A stretch of 64,000 bases of DNA from Lama glama (taxonomy: Eukaryota). Positions 48,772 to 62,599 of this stretch are shown piece after piece. The notes under the pieces are model-generated. The model ran no database searches and was not told the origin of the DNA. It worked only from the letters and a program-made list of their open reading frames with translations. Made by a program: the position numbers and the translations under genes. The stretch spans positions 13,022,001-13,086,000 of the forward strand of contig CM052817.1 in assembly GCA_028534125.1 (NCBI GenBank), read 5' to 3'. The first letter of the stretch is position 1. The number at the start of each line of letters is the position of its first letter.

Positions 48772-51700
48772 TATGGTTTTCATGTCAAAAAAGTATTGTT
48801 GAATACACATCATCAGAGAGTATCTTAAAATTTGACTGTAAATCATAAAATTGCCACTGTAATCTTGATATAACTTGGTGACTGAACTTTATATAAATAA
48901 TTATTCTAGGAATAAGTGTCCATAGGGTGTTAGTTTTATTTAATTAATTTTAATGTAGTTATATTATGTTTTAAGACACTGAAATCAAGTAATGTCATGA
49001 GGGGTGGCGTGAAATGCTAGTCATTAAATGCCTACTCAGATGGTAGTGGCTTTGCTTTCTTTGTAAATCAGTGGACCCTGTGGAGCCAAGTTTCCTCATC
49101 TGTAAAATGGGAATGGTATTTACCTCCTGGGAATATTTTAAGTCATAATACAGATTCTGTATTTGAAAGAACATTGTCAGCTTTCAAGTCTGAGAGAAAT
49201 GATACTTAACAGGATTATCCTCCTCTCATTGCAAAATAGTATGACGTAACAGCCACACGTGTGTCCTTGCAAGTTGCTCCCAGTCAGCAGATCTCCCGGC
49301 CCTCTTTCATGTCTCTCTTGTATTTATTCTTGGCCTAAAAACACATACATAAGCGTAACCACATTAATTTTTTAACACTGCAGATTAACATAGAATGTGC
49401 ATTTGCACAATTTCATTTCTTGTTCCGTGGCAACACAGGATACCTTAAGGCCAGAATGTTCTTAATGAGATCTCTTACCCTCTCCCAGTTGGTGATTCAT
49501 ATAATTTAAAAATTCTTATATAAAATGAATTAAGAATAGAAAAAGAAACTGTGACTCAGGAAACTGTTTGTTAGTTCACATATTAAATAGTTGTTTTAAT
49601 GTTGTGTTGTCCTGAATAACAAAATGAAGGAAGAATACAAATGAGCTAGAAAATGCTGAGTGAACTCCTTAAGCTGTTCTGAAAGTTACCCAGAAGATTT
49701 ATATGTATTGCTAAAGAATGCTTTTATCACTAATTAAAATTTCTGTTTTAAAACAATGTAAGATAATTAGTCCATCGAACTTGTAATATGCAAATATGAT
49801 TTGACCTGTGGAACAGTCTGTCGGCTTTACATACGCTGCACGTGTGACTTTCAGGGCATTTTTAGACTACACGTTTTGTCAGGGTGCAGTTCACATTGCA
49901 GCCCATTTAAGACTTCGAATGTAAACAATATTTGATAATGAAATAGATTTGAGCCAGAAGTTATTTTTGTTTTGCTTTCATCATAACTCCAATACTTTTT
50001 ACACATACATAAGCTTTGCAGTCAGATGAATGTGGTGTATGTCCTTTTCATTACCTGTTACCCACAACCAAGTTAATTGCAATCACGAAATTATTTATAG
50101 AGGGTTAACCTTAAAACATTTGATAAATTGATATAAGAAACTTGGGACAAGAGTTTAAAAAAAAAAAACTATGGAGAAAGTCACCAAGGAAAGTAAAAAG
50201 CCCATCTTTGGCGGATGCTTGGGGTCTAGGGCACAACACGGCTGTGTGAAACGTTATTAAGAGAACATCTGTGCCTCTTGAAATGTCCCCCAAGTGAATG
50301 TGTACAGCGAAGTATGGTGACTTGATTTAAGTGCTTAAAAAAAAAAGCTTAAAGAAAAGAGAAATAAATAAGTCTGGACACAGAATGGGAAAAGATAGCT
50401 TTGCCCCATCACGATAGGTTTCTTCTTCTAGTGAAAGATTAAAGCTTGAAGTATGTGAATAGCTGAGAACAGCACAGAGAAAGGTTGATTGCTTCCCCTC
50501 CAACAGTTCCAATTGATTGAAAAAAGCCTAATTTAAAGTTCTGTTTGTTCTATGTCTTAAACCATCAGAATTCTCTTTTAGGACCTGAGGAATGCTCCAG
50601 AGGAAAAGAATCCAAGGATAAAAAGTCATTGCAAGCCAACAATTGTTCCTAATCCTCACAAAATGCTGGAGAAATTAAATTTATTCTTTATTGCTCAAAG
50701 TGTTACCTAGGTCACTGGGCGATGGGAAAATTGGACTGGAAGTCGAGTAGGCGCAAGCTTTGTTTTGTGTCTAGATGTTTAACCTTAGACACCACAAGGC
50801 ATCTTAGAGTGTTGTGGGAACTCGGTTCAGAGTGTTAACACGGAGACTTTTATTACCCTGGATTTATAATAGGCTGTGCTGTCAGAAGATGAAAATGTTG
50901 TGTTTACGTTTCAGTGTTAAATGATCATTTAATTAACACCTAAGGAAAAAAAAAGTTGTGAAATTCTTAGCAGCTTTTATTGTTGGTTTCCTGGGAGGTT
51001 TTAATATCCAAGTTTCATTGAGATTTCTTTTTGTTAGTAAAGACACAAAAGACATTATAAACTTTTTAAGGAAGACAAACAGTTTAACCTTGACCTCTTT
51101 TCCCCTAAAATATTAATTTAAATTACATTTTGAATCTGGTGTGCTAGATTAGTATCTTAAAAATATGTCTTAATTGAACACTTTATTTTTGTGTAAATGT
51201 TTAGCATTTAAATATTATTTAATTTGCATTCTAAACTTCCTGCTGTAAAGCATTTGAAGTTGCCAGTTAGTTTACTTTCAGTTTAAAACATTTACAATAC
51301 TGTTGATATGCATTTTACATCTTTTAAACTACCACTGTAGTTACATTGTCAGGGTCAAAATAGGCAACCATTGTCAAACACATTCTGTGGAAAAATAGGT
51401 ACGTTGTTACTCTATTATTATCATCATCATTTAATTAGAGATCATTACTATCATATGATGAAGGAGATTTCTATATGGACAATAGGAACAGTGATGCCAT
51501 TAATATGAAAATTCAAATTCACTTCATTAATTACTAAAAAGATTTGATGCTATCAGCTTATTTGATGCTATCACTTATTCTTGATCTTTTATAAAAACAG
51601 TTACCTAAAAAAGAATGGTCTTGAGACAGATTGATAGCATTTGTAAAATATAATCTGCACTGTCAGTGGCAGCTGCTCAATCAGTAACACTTTCTTTTTC

Positions 51701-53179
51701 TAAAAGTATTGTTAAAATGTGTATCTGTTACTCCTCTCATTTTATCTAGATATGTAACTTCATATTCAAACATGTGAAACATTAAAAATACTACAGTTAC
51801 TTGCTGTTAAAGTAAAATCTTTAACTTTTCCAGAAATGAATACAGCATTATACTGTAGTTTTTCTAAGTACATTATTTTTATTCATATTGAAAGTAAAAA
51901 TGTTTATCCCCTTTTTTTAAGTTTAAATTCAAATGCCTCAGGATAAAACCTGCTTTCTGTATTATTCATGGTAAAAGAGTGCAAGGAGGATTGAATGTTA
52001 TTAAAATCTCTTAATAGAAAGCCTTGCTTTGAACCAAGAAATCTATTCTCGTTCACAAAATACTGCTGAGCATTACATAAGCACTTTGTACAATGTTATA
52101 TGCTCTCTCTACTTCTATCAAGTTTCAGCATTTCTCTAAAACCTTTTTCTTTTTTTTTTTAACCCACATTGAGTTTTTTGCTTCTCAAAGCTGTTTCTCT
52201 GTCCAGAGCTTAGTAACAAAAACCCACAAGTAGGAATATTCCTTTAAATGTTATCTCCTATACATAAATATCCACCTTTTGATAGAGGTAGTTACAAGAC
52301 ACAAAATGCTGAGAAGTTAAAAGGTATGAAAGAAAAATAGAGAAAAGGAGGAGTGACAGTATCTGGTGACTTAACATACTGGGTAGCTAATCTACATGAT
52401 ATAGTTCATTACACCAACTGAAATTCCAAGCCAGCCAGGTGTTGTATTCGTGTGTGTGTGTATGTGTATGTGTTTGGTTGGAGATGAGGATATTGAGAAC
52501 TACAGAAACATACATACTTTGTGAATGTTCAAAATGTTTGAAAAGTAAATATTTAAGAAAATTAAAGGATATTTCATTTAACATAGATAAATATATTGCT
52601 GTTAAACTAAGAAAGCCAATGATATGCTTGCTCTTATACTGAGAAAGTCAGTGTTAACATTTTATGCTTTAATTATTTGGAATTTCTAACTAGAAACCAA
52701 AGAGGAAGATTTCAGGGTTTATTTTAGATAAAGTCTTCAGGTTTGCCTCTTAAAAAATAGGAATAAATTTTCTAAATACAAATAATCATATTGTAACAAG
52801 TATATTTGATAGTTATTCTACTGAAACCTTTGCTTATAAGGACATTGGGAGATGTGATGTCTAGAAATACTTTAGGCCACTTTGCAGGGATTAGGTAGTT
52901 AAAATTAACTTCTCTTTTGCATAAAACTCCTTTGCCTGGCTTTCAATACCCACTGCAATCTAGTTGTCTGCATTAGCACTTTAACTGGAGTCCAGGCAAG
53001 GAGATTTTCCTGTTAGTGACTGGAAATTCCTAGCACATTTCTGGACTTCATCCTTGCTTCCAATTTAGAGAAGCGCAACTTACTGTCCTCATGTAAGTCT
53101 CACCTCCTCCACCAACCCTTTCTCAACTGCTATTGTTACCTCCCAATGATCATTCATTCTAATGCAGTGGCTCTGACTA

Positions 53180-53380
53180 CAGGCTGACTCAGACTGCTGG
53201 GTTTGAGTCACTTAATGGGTAAACTTGTGAATGTCGCTCAATCACCTGCCCTGTGCCCGCAGGTTTTCCCTCATGTAAAACGAGGGTGATAGTGGAACTT
53301 ACTCCATGGAGGTGTTGTGTAAATTATTCACTAAGTGAACACGAGTTAGTAGGATACTTGACAGTAGTAAGTGCTAAGTG
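53180..53380 (+). mobile_element. MIR SINE
   Basis: TCAGACTGCTGGGTTTGAGTC...CATGTAAAACGAGGGTGATAGT...TAGTAAGTGCT. Confidence 0.5.
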
Positions 53381-56109
53381 GCTTTTTTGTTTTTAGTTTT
53401 TGTTTTTTATTATTTAAACTACCACGATTATTATGTATCTCCTACAATGTGCTGTTAAGTATCATTTTCTATTCATAATGTGTGTTAACTTTGCCAAGAC
53501 TCCTGTCTGACATTTGTCTTTGTTTTACATATAGCATCTAGCCTAGTGCTAGATGGTTAAGAAATACTTCCCAACTGAATTCTTAATGGAAATTAAGCTT
53601 GAAAAAGACACTACCAGTAGGTTGAATTTGGGATGAAATATATGTAATGTGGATCAGAAATCAGAAGACATACTAGTTATGTTCCTAACTCTGCTGGTCA
53701 CTAGCTACAGATGCTAAGCAAAGGTATTTGATCTCTTTGTAAAGACCAGTTTCTTTGCTTATTAAAGTATGTAGGAGTTCAGATAAGAGAGGGGCAAGAA
53801 TTTAGCATAAGGCCTCCTGGTCTCTGGGGACTGCTCAAACATAACTGAGGGAAGGAGAGGAAACGAAATATATCAAAGATTTGCTCTAGTTCTTTTTAAA
53901 AAATTTACAGGGAACTCTTCACAGGATTTAGCAAGAATTAGAATGGTGGAATTATTCATGGTAACAATAAATCAGATGCTTAGATTGTAGGTGAATGATT
54001 TTGAGATTGTTCTCTTTCCTGTTAGCAGTTTTGAAAATAAAGGCAGTTTCTGTATTACATAAATACAGCCTGCTTACATTTTGCATGGCTTTGCTATTAA
54101 ATGTAAATTGTTTGAAGGTTTAGGTTACAACAACAACAACAAAAAAGATTGATGGAGATTTGATGGTTGTGCTGCATTAAGTGGTTATCCTGATACGCGA
54201 TAATCCTTCAATATGGGATACGTGTGGTGTATAATTGAAATAGTTTGAATAATCACCTGCTTCTCAAACGTCGCTAATAGTAGCATGAAGAAATGAGTTA
54301 AAAACCAAACAAGACAAAGCAAGGGAGAATAATGGAGTTGGTTTTGATAACGGTGCAGGTTTTTACGTTCATATTTGCGTTACCATCTTTTGATTTTAAC
54401 AGGGTTGCCGGCAGGGGCCTTCATTTTCTGTATTTCACCCTACCAAATGCAGTGTGCACCTTGGGCAGTTAATTTTCCTGACGTCTTGAGGAGAATAGAA
54501 CGTATAGAACCTGAGTACCCCGAAGGCAACTGAACTCTGGAGTCTGTTTCTGAAAGGCAGGCTCCCTGTCAGAACTGGTGTGGTTTTCCTTCCCTCTCTT
54601 TAAAGGGAATGAATTCCATACCTAATGAGTAGTTTCAGGGAAAGTTGTTAATCAGGTACTCCAAGTGACCACCCTGGGTTCTTCTCTTATTACAGAGGAA
54701 CGTGAGGGAATGAGAAAGCAACATAGTTACATCTGATAAAAGGAAATACCTTTTTTCCTCTCCCCACCCACCGTGTAATCCTCTGGAATTTAGTTGATGC
54801 GCGGGAAACTACTACAGCAAACAGTGTGTTTGAAAAAGCTGAGTTGGATGAACAAGAGTAACACTTGTAGCTGCAATAATTACATTAAAAATCACAAAGT
54901 CTATCGATCATTGCATTTCAGGGCAAGAGTTTTCACCTGAGGGGGATCTGGAAAGAACTTTAATTAAATTCATGTTAATTTTACAAGGAAGTGTTTACAC
55001 AGTGGGCAGTCCCACTATTATCAACATTATTTTTTTGGTTCTTTTCTGAGTTATCAGATATCTTATTGTTGCCTGAGATGAGATACGAGCCCAAAATCAG
55101 ATGACGAACTTGAACTAAATATGACAGAGGGACAAAAAAGAACTATAAGTATAACAGAATGTTATTGAAATGGACAAATATTATTCTTCAACCCTTTCCC
55201 ATTCAAAAAACATACACTAAAGAGAGAAGATTTAGAACAGCAATAATAGGGTCCAGATACTGCTTAATTGTCTGAATTAAGTGATCTCGTTGAATAACAC
55301 TATTAAAATATAGAAAATGTTTTGCTCAAGGTTTAGTTATTTCCAAATACATGTTATATCCACATCATCACTGTGTATTGTGAGGTTCTTACTTTCATTG
55401 TATTTTTATAAGATGATCCAGGTTTAGAGTCTGTAAATACAGCTCTTCTCCCCAGTCCTCAAGCACATGCTATTTTAGTACCTTGTATTCGTTGCTGTGT
55501 TGATCATTCTATATGTATTACATTTCAAAGCAGTGATTCCTAACGTGTGCTCTCTAGTGAGCCAAGAGAACCATATTCTGTGGTCAAATGTGTTAGGAAA
55601 TAATGAAAGTCGTATCCCCTGTGGTGACTGCGCTGGACACTTGTGTGTTAATCTCCAGGGCATCGTGCAATAAAGAAATCTGTTTCACTTAAAAATTTTG
55701 CTTCTCAAGGTTATTTGACTATCCAGGCCCCCCTTTTTCCTACTTCCCCTACTAACACCAATTAATCTCAACAGTAAGAACAGTCTTTAGCTGTCCCCCC
55801 AAAGTAACTACTTTTCCTTAATTCTGATTGAGATTTTTTTTTTAAATAAAAACTATTTTAGATGTGGGTGGTCCAAGTTTAATATTGTTTTTCTTGTAGC
55901 AATATGGTCAGGTAAACAACTCTTTATAGTTCATTGGCCTGATAAATTTGGTTTTTGTTTTTTAAGCCCATCTTTGAAAGCAAACTTGGCATTCTTTTGT
56001 TAACTCTAGGGATAGAGAAGTTTAGATCCTTATGTAAGAATCTTGTTACCTTAGCATTGTTATTTGCTTATATGTATATGTGTGGTATGTGAAATCATTT
56101 ATTATATGT

Positions 56110-56137
<28 letters not shown>
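56110..56137. repeat. (AC)14 microsatellite
   Basis: Perfect dinucleotide run. Confidence 0.95.
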
Positions 56138-56140
<3 letters not shown>

Positions 56141-59100
56141 GATACCAGTGCTAAGGTACTGAAAATTCTATGGAAAGATAGACATTTCTCTCTCACACAG
56201 CACCACTCAGCTCATTTTAATGGCTGAGAACATTTCATCCCTTAACGCTTTCTCCCTTCTCCACTTCTGTCATTGTAACACCTGAAGACTGATGTTTACA
56301 GCATTCTTTAGCAACACAGGGATGTCTGCATCCTCTCAGGTGGGTGTGAACTTGCAGGAGTCTTTCTCACTCCACGGAGAGTGTTGAAGCCAAAAGTGCT
56401 TGATGTGCTATTTCTAGATGGTTAAAGGACTTTGAAATCAATGTAGAGTTTCATAGGTTCAGTATTTTTAACCAAAACCCATGTCTCCAGGACTAAATGA
56501 CAAAATAACTTAGATATGATGGGTTAGAGACAGGAAAAAAAAAAACCAAACTAATAAAAATCTTCTAAGATAACGTTTCATATATGTGATAGGTGCTTCT
56601 CCACAGAATACTTAGACTGATCATTACTGGAAATTGTGGTCTCTTCTGTTAGTTCCCCCAGCGTGTTGCTTTCTGCCAATTCCTATTTATATTAAATATC
56701 CTGGGAAAATACATCAAAGAAAACATCAGTTTATGGCTAAAACAGAACTACTTCAAAGCCTGATGAAATGGGCTTAATAGAAATAATTACTTCAAATTAT
56801 CCAATTTTTATAAACACATTCTTTAGATTTCACTAAAAGCATAAAAATAATCCCATTTTGTCATAGTTTGGGTTCCATGGGTACCCTCACCCTCTCTTCC
56901 CACTTTCCTGTTTTCTTTTTCTCTTTATGCTCTGTCACCATCTATCATATTGTATATTTTACTTATCAGATTATCTGTCCCTCCCATGTGAAATGCAGGT
57001 TTCATGAAGGCAGAGCATTGTAGTTGTTGCACAAGAAATACTGGTTGAGTGAATGACTACCATTGTAACAGGCTGACAAGATTTGAATCCAGGCTTCCTA
57101 ACTGTAGCTTGGAGCCCATCACTTAACTTCTCCACCTTAATGGTCTCTTCTTTAAGGTGGAGATAATCGGAGCATCTGTGTCACAGAGTCATTGAGAGAA
57201 TTAGAAGATGTCATGCGTCTGCCAGAGTTCCACTGATGTTAAATGTTTTTCATAAATCAAACAACCCTTGAATGGGTTGAGGAAAAATAACCAAATGCTT
57301 ACCACCATCCATTCAAATCATTTGCTGTTGCTTTCTGGTCTTTTCGGAGCCACCCCCTCTCCCGACCCCCTGTACTAGAATAAGGAAGCCACATTTTACA
57401 AGCTGCTTGCTCTTTCCTTCTTTTTTCCTACACGTTTCCTGGGTTCCCCATTTTCATGGCGTTCTCTGTCTTCCCAGTGCTGCTTCTGGGATGTTGGAAT
57501 CCCACCCTGGCCTTGCTTTTAAACAGAACCTGCTTTACTTCCTGTCTGCAGGGGCTGCTGCCCTTCAGAGGATGCCACCATCTCGTCTGGGTAGAGGGGT
57601 CCCTTCCTTCATGTGGCTGTGCAATGCCAAGCTATAGATACCTGCTCATATGTAGATGTTTTCACTTACTTTTTAACTTGATTAATCTATGCACTTCTGG
57701 ACTGGGGACTAAAGATGTTTGACTAAGTCTAGTATATTATAGAAATAGTTTAATTTTTATATTATGCTTGCTAGTTTATTGACAGAATCCCTTCCCGTGG
57801 TTGTACACCCCTTGAGGGTCTGGGCCCTTTTATCTCTGTTCACCACAGAGCAGTATTCACATGTAGTGGACACTCAATAATTTGTAAGCTGAAATAAAAG
57901 TGCAGGAAGTACAAAGGATCCACAGTCGTCTTTCATGACAAATGAGCTCCAGAAGGCATTTGAAGCTGTAACTTTTTGATATCTTTCCATTTGTTCTCCC
58001 TTGATAGTGTTTAAGTTTAGAGTAGCAATTAGTAAACTTGTTCGGTGTATCTTATCTCTTGTAGCAGTAAAAGATAGGTGGCTTTTTATAGGTGGCTTTT
58101 TGTACCAGTTTCCTCGCTGTGATATTGCATGTCAATTCTGTTTATGAAAGCCTAAATAAAAGGCTGCTCCACAACATCTTTGATAGTATGTATAAATTCC
58201 TAGTATTTTTTACACATTTGTATGTGTGTGATTTTGTTTAAGTTGCAAAGAAAGCAATAGTGCTACAAAATAACAGCAAAATTGAAATTGCGAAAATAAT
58301 GGAACGCCATCCAGGCAGCTAGTCCCATGGTCGCTAAGGCACAGCTTATGCATTGAGTGTGCGTCCACAGTTCTTTGCCATTCTAGAGCATGTACTTCTG
58401 ACATTTTTATTAGGCTTCTGTGTTTGGTCACTGTATTAAATCCAGCAATTTATTCCTTTCCACTTAAATTGTCTTCCCTGTACAGGGGGTGGAGAGGAAT
58501 TCACAGTGGCTGCACATAAAAGGCCATTATCTTATCTTAGCAAATCCAGCCCTACAGAGACAGTGAATCATGACAGCTCAGCTGGGAGGCTGGGAAGGGA
58601 AGTGTATCAAGGAGGGCCAGATAGTGAGCGTGAGTCAGTGATGAGGCCGGCGGCTGGGGTGCTGGTGAGCCCGGCAGCGGCGGCAAAGGTTAGCATCCCT
58701 CTGCCGATCCAGGCCGGGTAGACCGTTTAGCCGACAGACTGAAGTTTGCACCCAAGGAGTGTGCTCTGCCTATAATCTTGATTTACTTGTAGCCTTTACA
58801 AACTACTCAGGAGATCTTACTACACTGTTATTTTTCTCCCCCAAATCAAAGCACCTTTTTTTCTTTTTCTTTTTCTTTTTTTCCCATGGGATAAGTGTAC
58901 TGATGTTTCATGTGTATGGCTGGAGGCAGGGTGGCGAACAACTCCAGAAACTTTGGCACTTTCCTGTAATACACCCTTCATTCCAGGAAGAGAAGTTCTG
59001 ATTGGAGGATGTGGTGATGAGGGTGGAAGTGTTGAGACCCGCTCTGTAGCTGTCATGGACAAGCGCATGACCTACGAGCTCTACCAAATAGGTTTATTCG

Positions 59101-59349
59101 TATTAATAGTTACTCGTTTGATCTCAGCAATATGAAGGAGAACCACGTTGCCGATGAGGAAACTGAGACCCAAAGAGATGATGTAATTTGCCCAAGTGGC
59201 AGGCTGGCATTTGACTACAGTGCAGTTGTTCCTTACAACATGTATTAACTGGACTGGGGTCAAGAGTTTCTTTTAATTAGGTAAAAATACTATAAAAGGC
59301 ATGATCTTGATGATCTGTTTTAAATCTCACATTGTCTGATGCAGTGTTA

Positions 59350-60350
59350 ACTGCATAGGTGCTTATTGGGAACTTGTCCCCCTCTGTCCCCACCTCTCCC
59401 ATCACTTATCTAAACTTGAAGCTAGGTGTCCTCTTGACTCATTTCCTCTTCCTTTATCCTCATTGTCAAGTTCTGTTGATTCTGCCTCCCAACAACCACA
59501 CCCATCCATCTTCTCTCCTTTCCCTGTCTTTAGTTTACTTCCTCACCAGGGTCCCCTGCTTCAGGATTTCTTCCTCCACACCATCCGCTCTCTCCCCAAT
59601 GGCCAGAGGCTCTTCTTAAAAGTCCAGCTAGGATTATGTCCTTACCCTGGTCAAAAATCAGTTGGTCTGTTAACACAGCAGTTTCGATTTAGCAAAACAT
59701 TTTTCCCGTTACATTCAAAGGAACTCAGATAAATATATATCACTGTCTTACTTTTATAGATGAAATAACTGTAGCCTAAAGTGGTTAACTGAATTACTAG
59801 CCCACTGTAATAATGCTAGTAAATAATAGAACTGTTATTTTTCTCTAAACCTTCACTAACACTGGGGTCTGTAGTCTAAACTCCTTCCATGGCCGTCAAG
59901 TGTCCTCATTGGCCCCAACTTATCATTCTTATTCCCTGATTTATTATTTTTTAAATTATACCTTGTACTTAAAAAGTTACACATGTTAAGTCAGCTGCTC
60001 TTGAGCCTGTGGACTTTGGCTTCCAGTATTTCTTCTGACTTCTTCACCAGGAAAATTTCTCTTCACTCTCCAAGACCCAGCTCATGCCTCCTCTACCATG
60101 AAGACCTCCTTGATTTCCTCCAGGACAATGTGACACCCCTCCCCACCACAACTCAATGTTTCAGCCAAACAGCGCTCTCCATTTAGATGCCACAGCAGCC
60201 TCACACAGGTCATTCCTCTTCCTTCTCCTTTATTGCCTGACAGAATATCTCTCATGCCCTCTTTTGCTAACAGTATGCCTTATGCCTCAAGAGGCTGTTA
60301 CAGCAGAGGTCGTATTTATCTTGCAAACCTTAGGTCCCAGTCCATAGTTG
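59350..60350 (+). mobile_element. L2 fragments with a nested MIR piece (~59690-59850)
   Basis: Pyrimidine-rich L2 motifs (GTCCTCTTGACTC...CAAGTTCTGTTGATTCTGCCTCC; TCCAAGACCCAGCTCA). Confidence 0.5.
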
Positions 60351-60920
60351 GGACTGCTTTGGTGACTAAACGAGCTTATGTGAAGACTGTTTATAATGAA
60401 TTCAAATGAATTCTTCTCTGAGGCTTTTTTTGGAGAGCCTAATCTGAGCCTGCTCCCTGCGCGGCCCTGCCTTGCTGTCTTTCTTAGGCCCCTGTTAGTT
60501 TTATGTAACAGTTGCCTTTTATCACAGAGCGTTTGTTCCTCCTCCTCGCTCCTTCTAGAACCCAAGCGTCAGATGGCAGGTTCTAAGTCTTTTTCATTTT
60601 CATGCCTCCCAAAGCACCTCTCAAATCACTGAGCACATAGCAGGAGCTTGATAAATGCTTATTAAATAAATTTAATAAAGATTTGACATTCTTTTCCTCC
60701 AAGTCACATTTCGATCATCGAAACAGTAAATGTCTGTTGGAAAAAAATATTAAAAAAATCACTATCATTGTATCTGATTTGTAAACAGTTCATATTTGAC
60801 AGAACCAGAGCATGTTTATACATGCAGATCGCCAAGTCCACGCCCAGGTAAACAAGCCTTGCATTTCATCATGTTTATTATGGGAACATAGTGTGTTAGT
60901 TTATTTTAGAATTTATGTGA

Positions 60921-61117
60921 AATAGATAACAAGGTCCTACTGTATAGCACAGAGAGTCCTATTCAATACCTTATAATAGCCTATAATGAAAAAGAACATG
61001 AGAAGGAATATACATGTGTATAACAGAATCACTATGCTGTTTGCCAGAAATCAATACGACATTGTAAACCGACTATACTTCAATTAAAAAAATAATAATA
61101 ATAAATAAATAAATAAA
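60921..61117 (+). mobile_element. L1 3' end in intron 4, sense orientation
   Basis: ...ACATTGTAAACCGACTATACTTCAATTAAAAAAA followed by an (AAT)/(AAAT)n tail. Same family as 7707-7971. Confidence 0.85.
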
Positions 61118-61589
61118 CGGCATGTGAGTCAGTGTGCTGTGGTAGAGAGAGCCAAGATTTTTGTGGGCAGACAGGATGGGGTTCAAACTCCAGTTTCAGT
61201 AGGGCGCTGGGTGGGAAACACTCCCCGACCCGCTTTCTTACTTGCTGAGTGAATATACTACGTGTGTTACTGGGTTGCTGTGAAGATTGTGTTTGTGGTG
61301 TCAGCAAAGTGCTTACCCTTAGTACCTTCTCCATAAGTATCAGGAATTATTAGAGATGCTGACACTTCACTGAATTCTTGTGTTCTGCACACGTGCTCAA
61401 AAATTAGAATATTTCACTTCATTTTCTGAAATGCCAGGATGAGGCTCTCTACCCAGGATAGTATATCATGTCAGCCAGGTTATTGTGGATGCTTTTGGAA
61501 AAACTCTTCAATTTTAAAGTCTTGTTTAATTTCTCAATAAGACAAACTATTTACATATAGAAAATAGGTGGTTACTGTTAATAGATTCG

Positions 61590-62100
61590 TTGTATGTTTT
61601 CAGTTGCAAACAACTGACACTTGTCTGAATCTGGCTTCAATAGCAAGAAAACTTATGATTGCACAGAGCAAGACATTCAGAGGTAGTTTTCATTCCTTTC
61701 TCTCTCTTCATTTTTCCATCCTCAAGGGCAGCTTTTCCTAAGGCTTTGCTCCTGGGCTCAAAAGGGCCATCACTTTGGGCTTGGATGGGAATCCCACTGG
61801 TTCATATGTAATGGGAGAAAGAGGAAAAAAGGAGAGAGTAAGGAAGAAAAGAAAGGACAGAAGAGACATCTCTCCAGCACAGCCCAGTGGATTCTAAATC
61901 CCTTCCTTTGATCGACTGAAACAATTTAGGTTTCAACTTCAGACCAAGAGTTGCCAAAGAAATGACCCATAGTGATTGGCTTAAACTAGTTAAGATACCC
62001 CTCCGGACTTTCGGATGGATGGGTAAGTGAATCAGATGAGGATGCTGTTAGGAAGGAGGAAGGGGTGGTGATGGAGGTGAGGAAATAACCCGCAGTGTCC
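61590..62100 (-). mobile_element. Old MLT1K/L-like LTR
   Basis: TTTTCAGTTGCAAACAACTGACAC...CTGGCTTCAATAGCAAGAAAACTTATGATTGCAC and TGATTGGCTTAAACTA motifs. Confidence 0.45.
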
Positions 62101-62599
62101 ACTGTAATCAAGCAATTAAGTTTTAATTTTTCGTTTTTTTGGACTGCGGGAATCTTGGAAAAGTTACTATTACAGCAACTTCTAATTTAGGTGCAAAGAA
62201 CTGAACCTCTTACCTTTGTTGATTTCTTTGGGCTTTATTTTCACCCATAGGGCTAATAAAACCCACCTTTCAGGTTTTCAAGATGATTAAAAGTAAAATC
62301 TGTGTAAGGCTCAGCACGTAGGACAGGCTGGCTTTGAGTAGTTGCACTTGTATTTTCTCGGTCAGAATTTCTTTATTTCATCTTTGTCTCATCTGTCTTC
62401 CAGCTTTCCACTTCCAAATATTTACATTATGAATCCACAGAGGGGCCTCATTGCCACGTCTAAGTTAATACACCCGAGAAAAATTCATAAAGGTCTTTTC
62501 TTTAACAAAACAGTTTACATTTTATAAAGTGTATAATTGTACCATCTCCCATGACTCTCACAGCAACGCTGTGAGGTATATAGTCAGTTATGCTGTTTA

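Noticed and set aside
48231..48848. Overlapping 134-aa and 128-aa intronic ORFs
   Set aside because: No recognisable domain or splice context; the repeated peptide merely reflects the 21-bp duplication.
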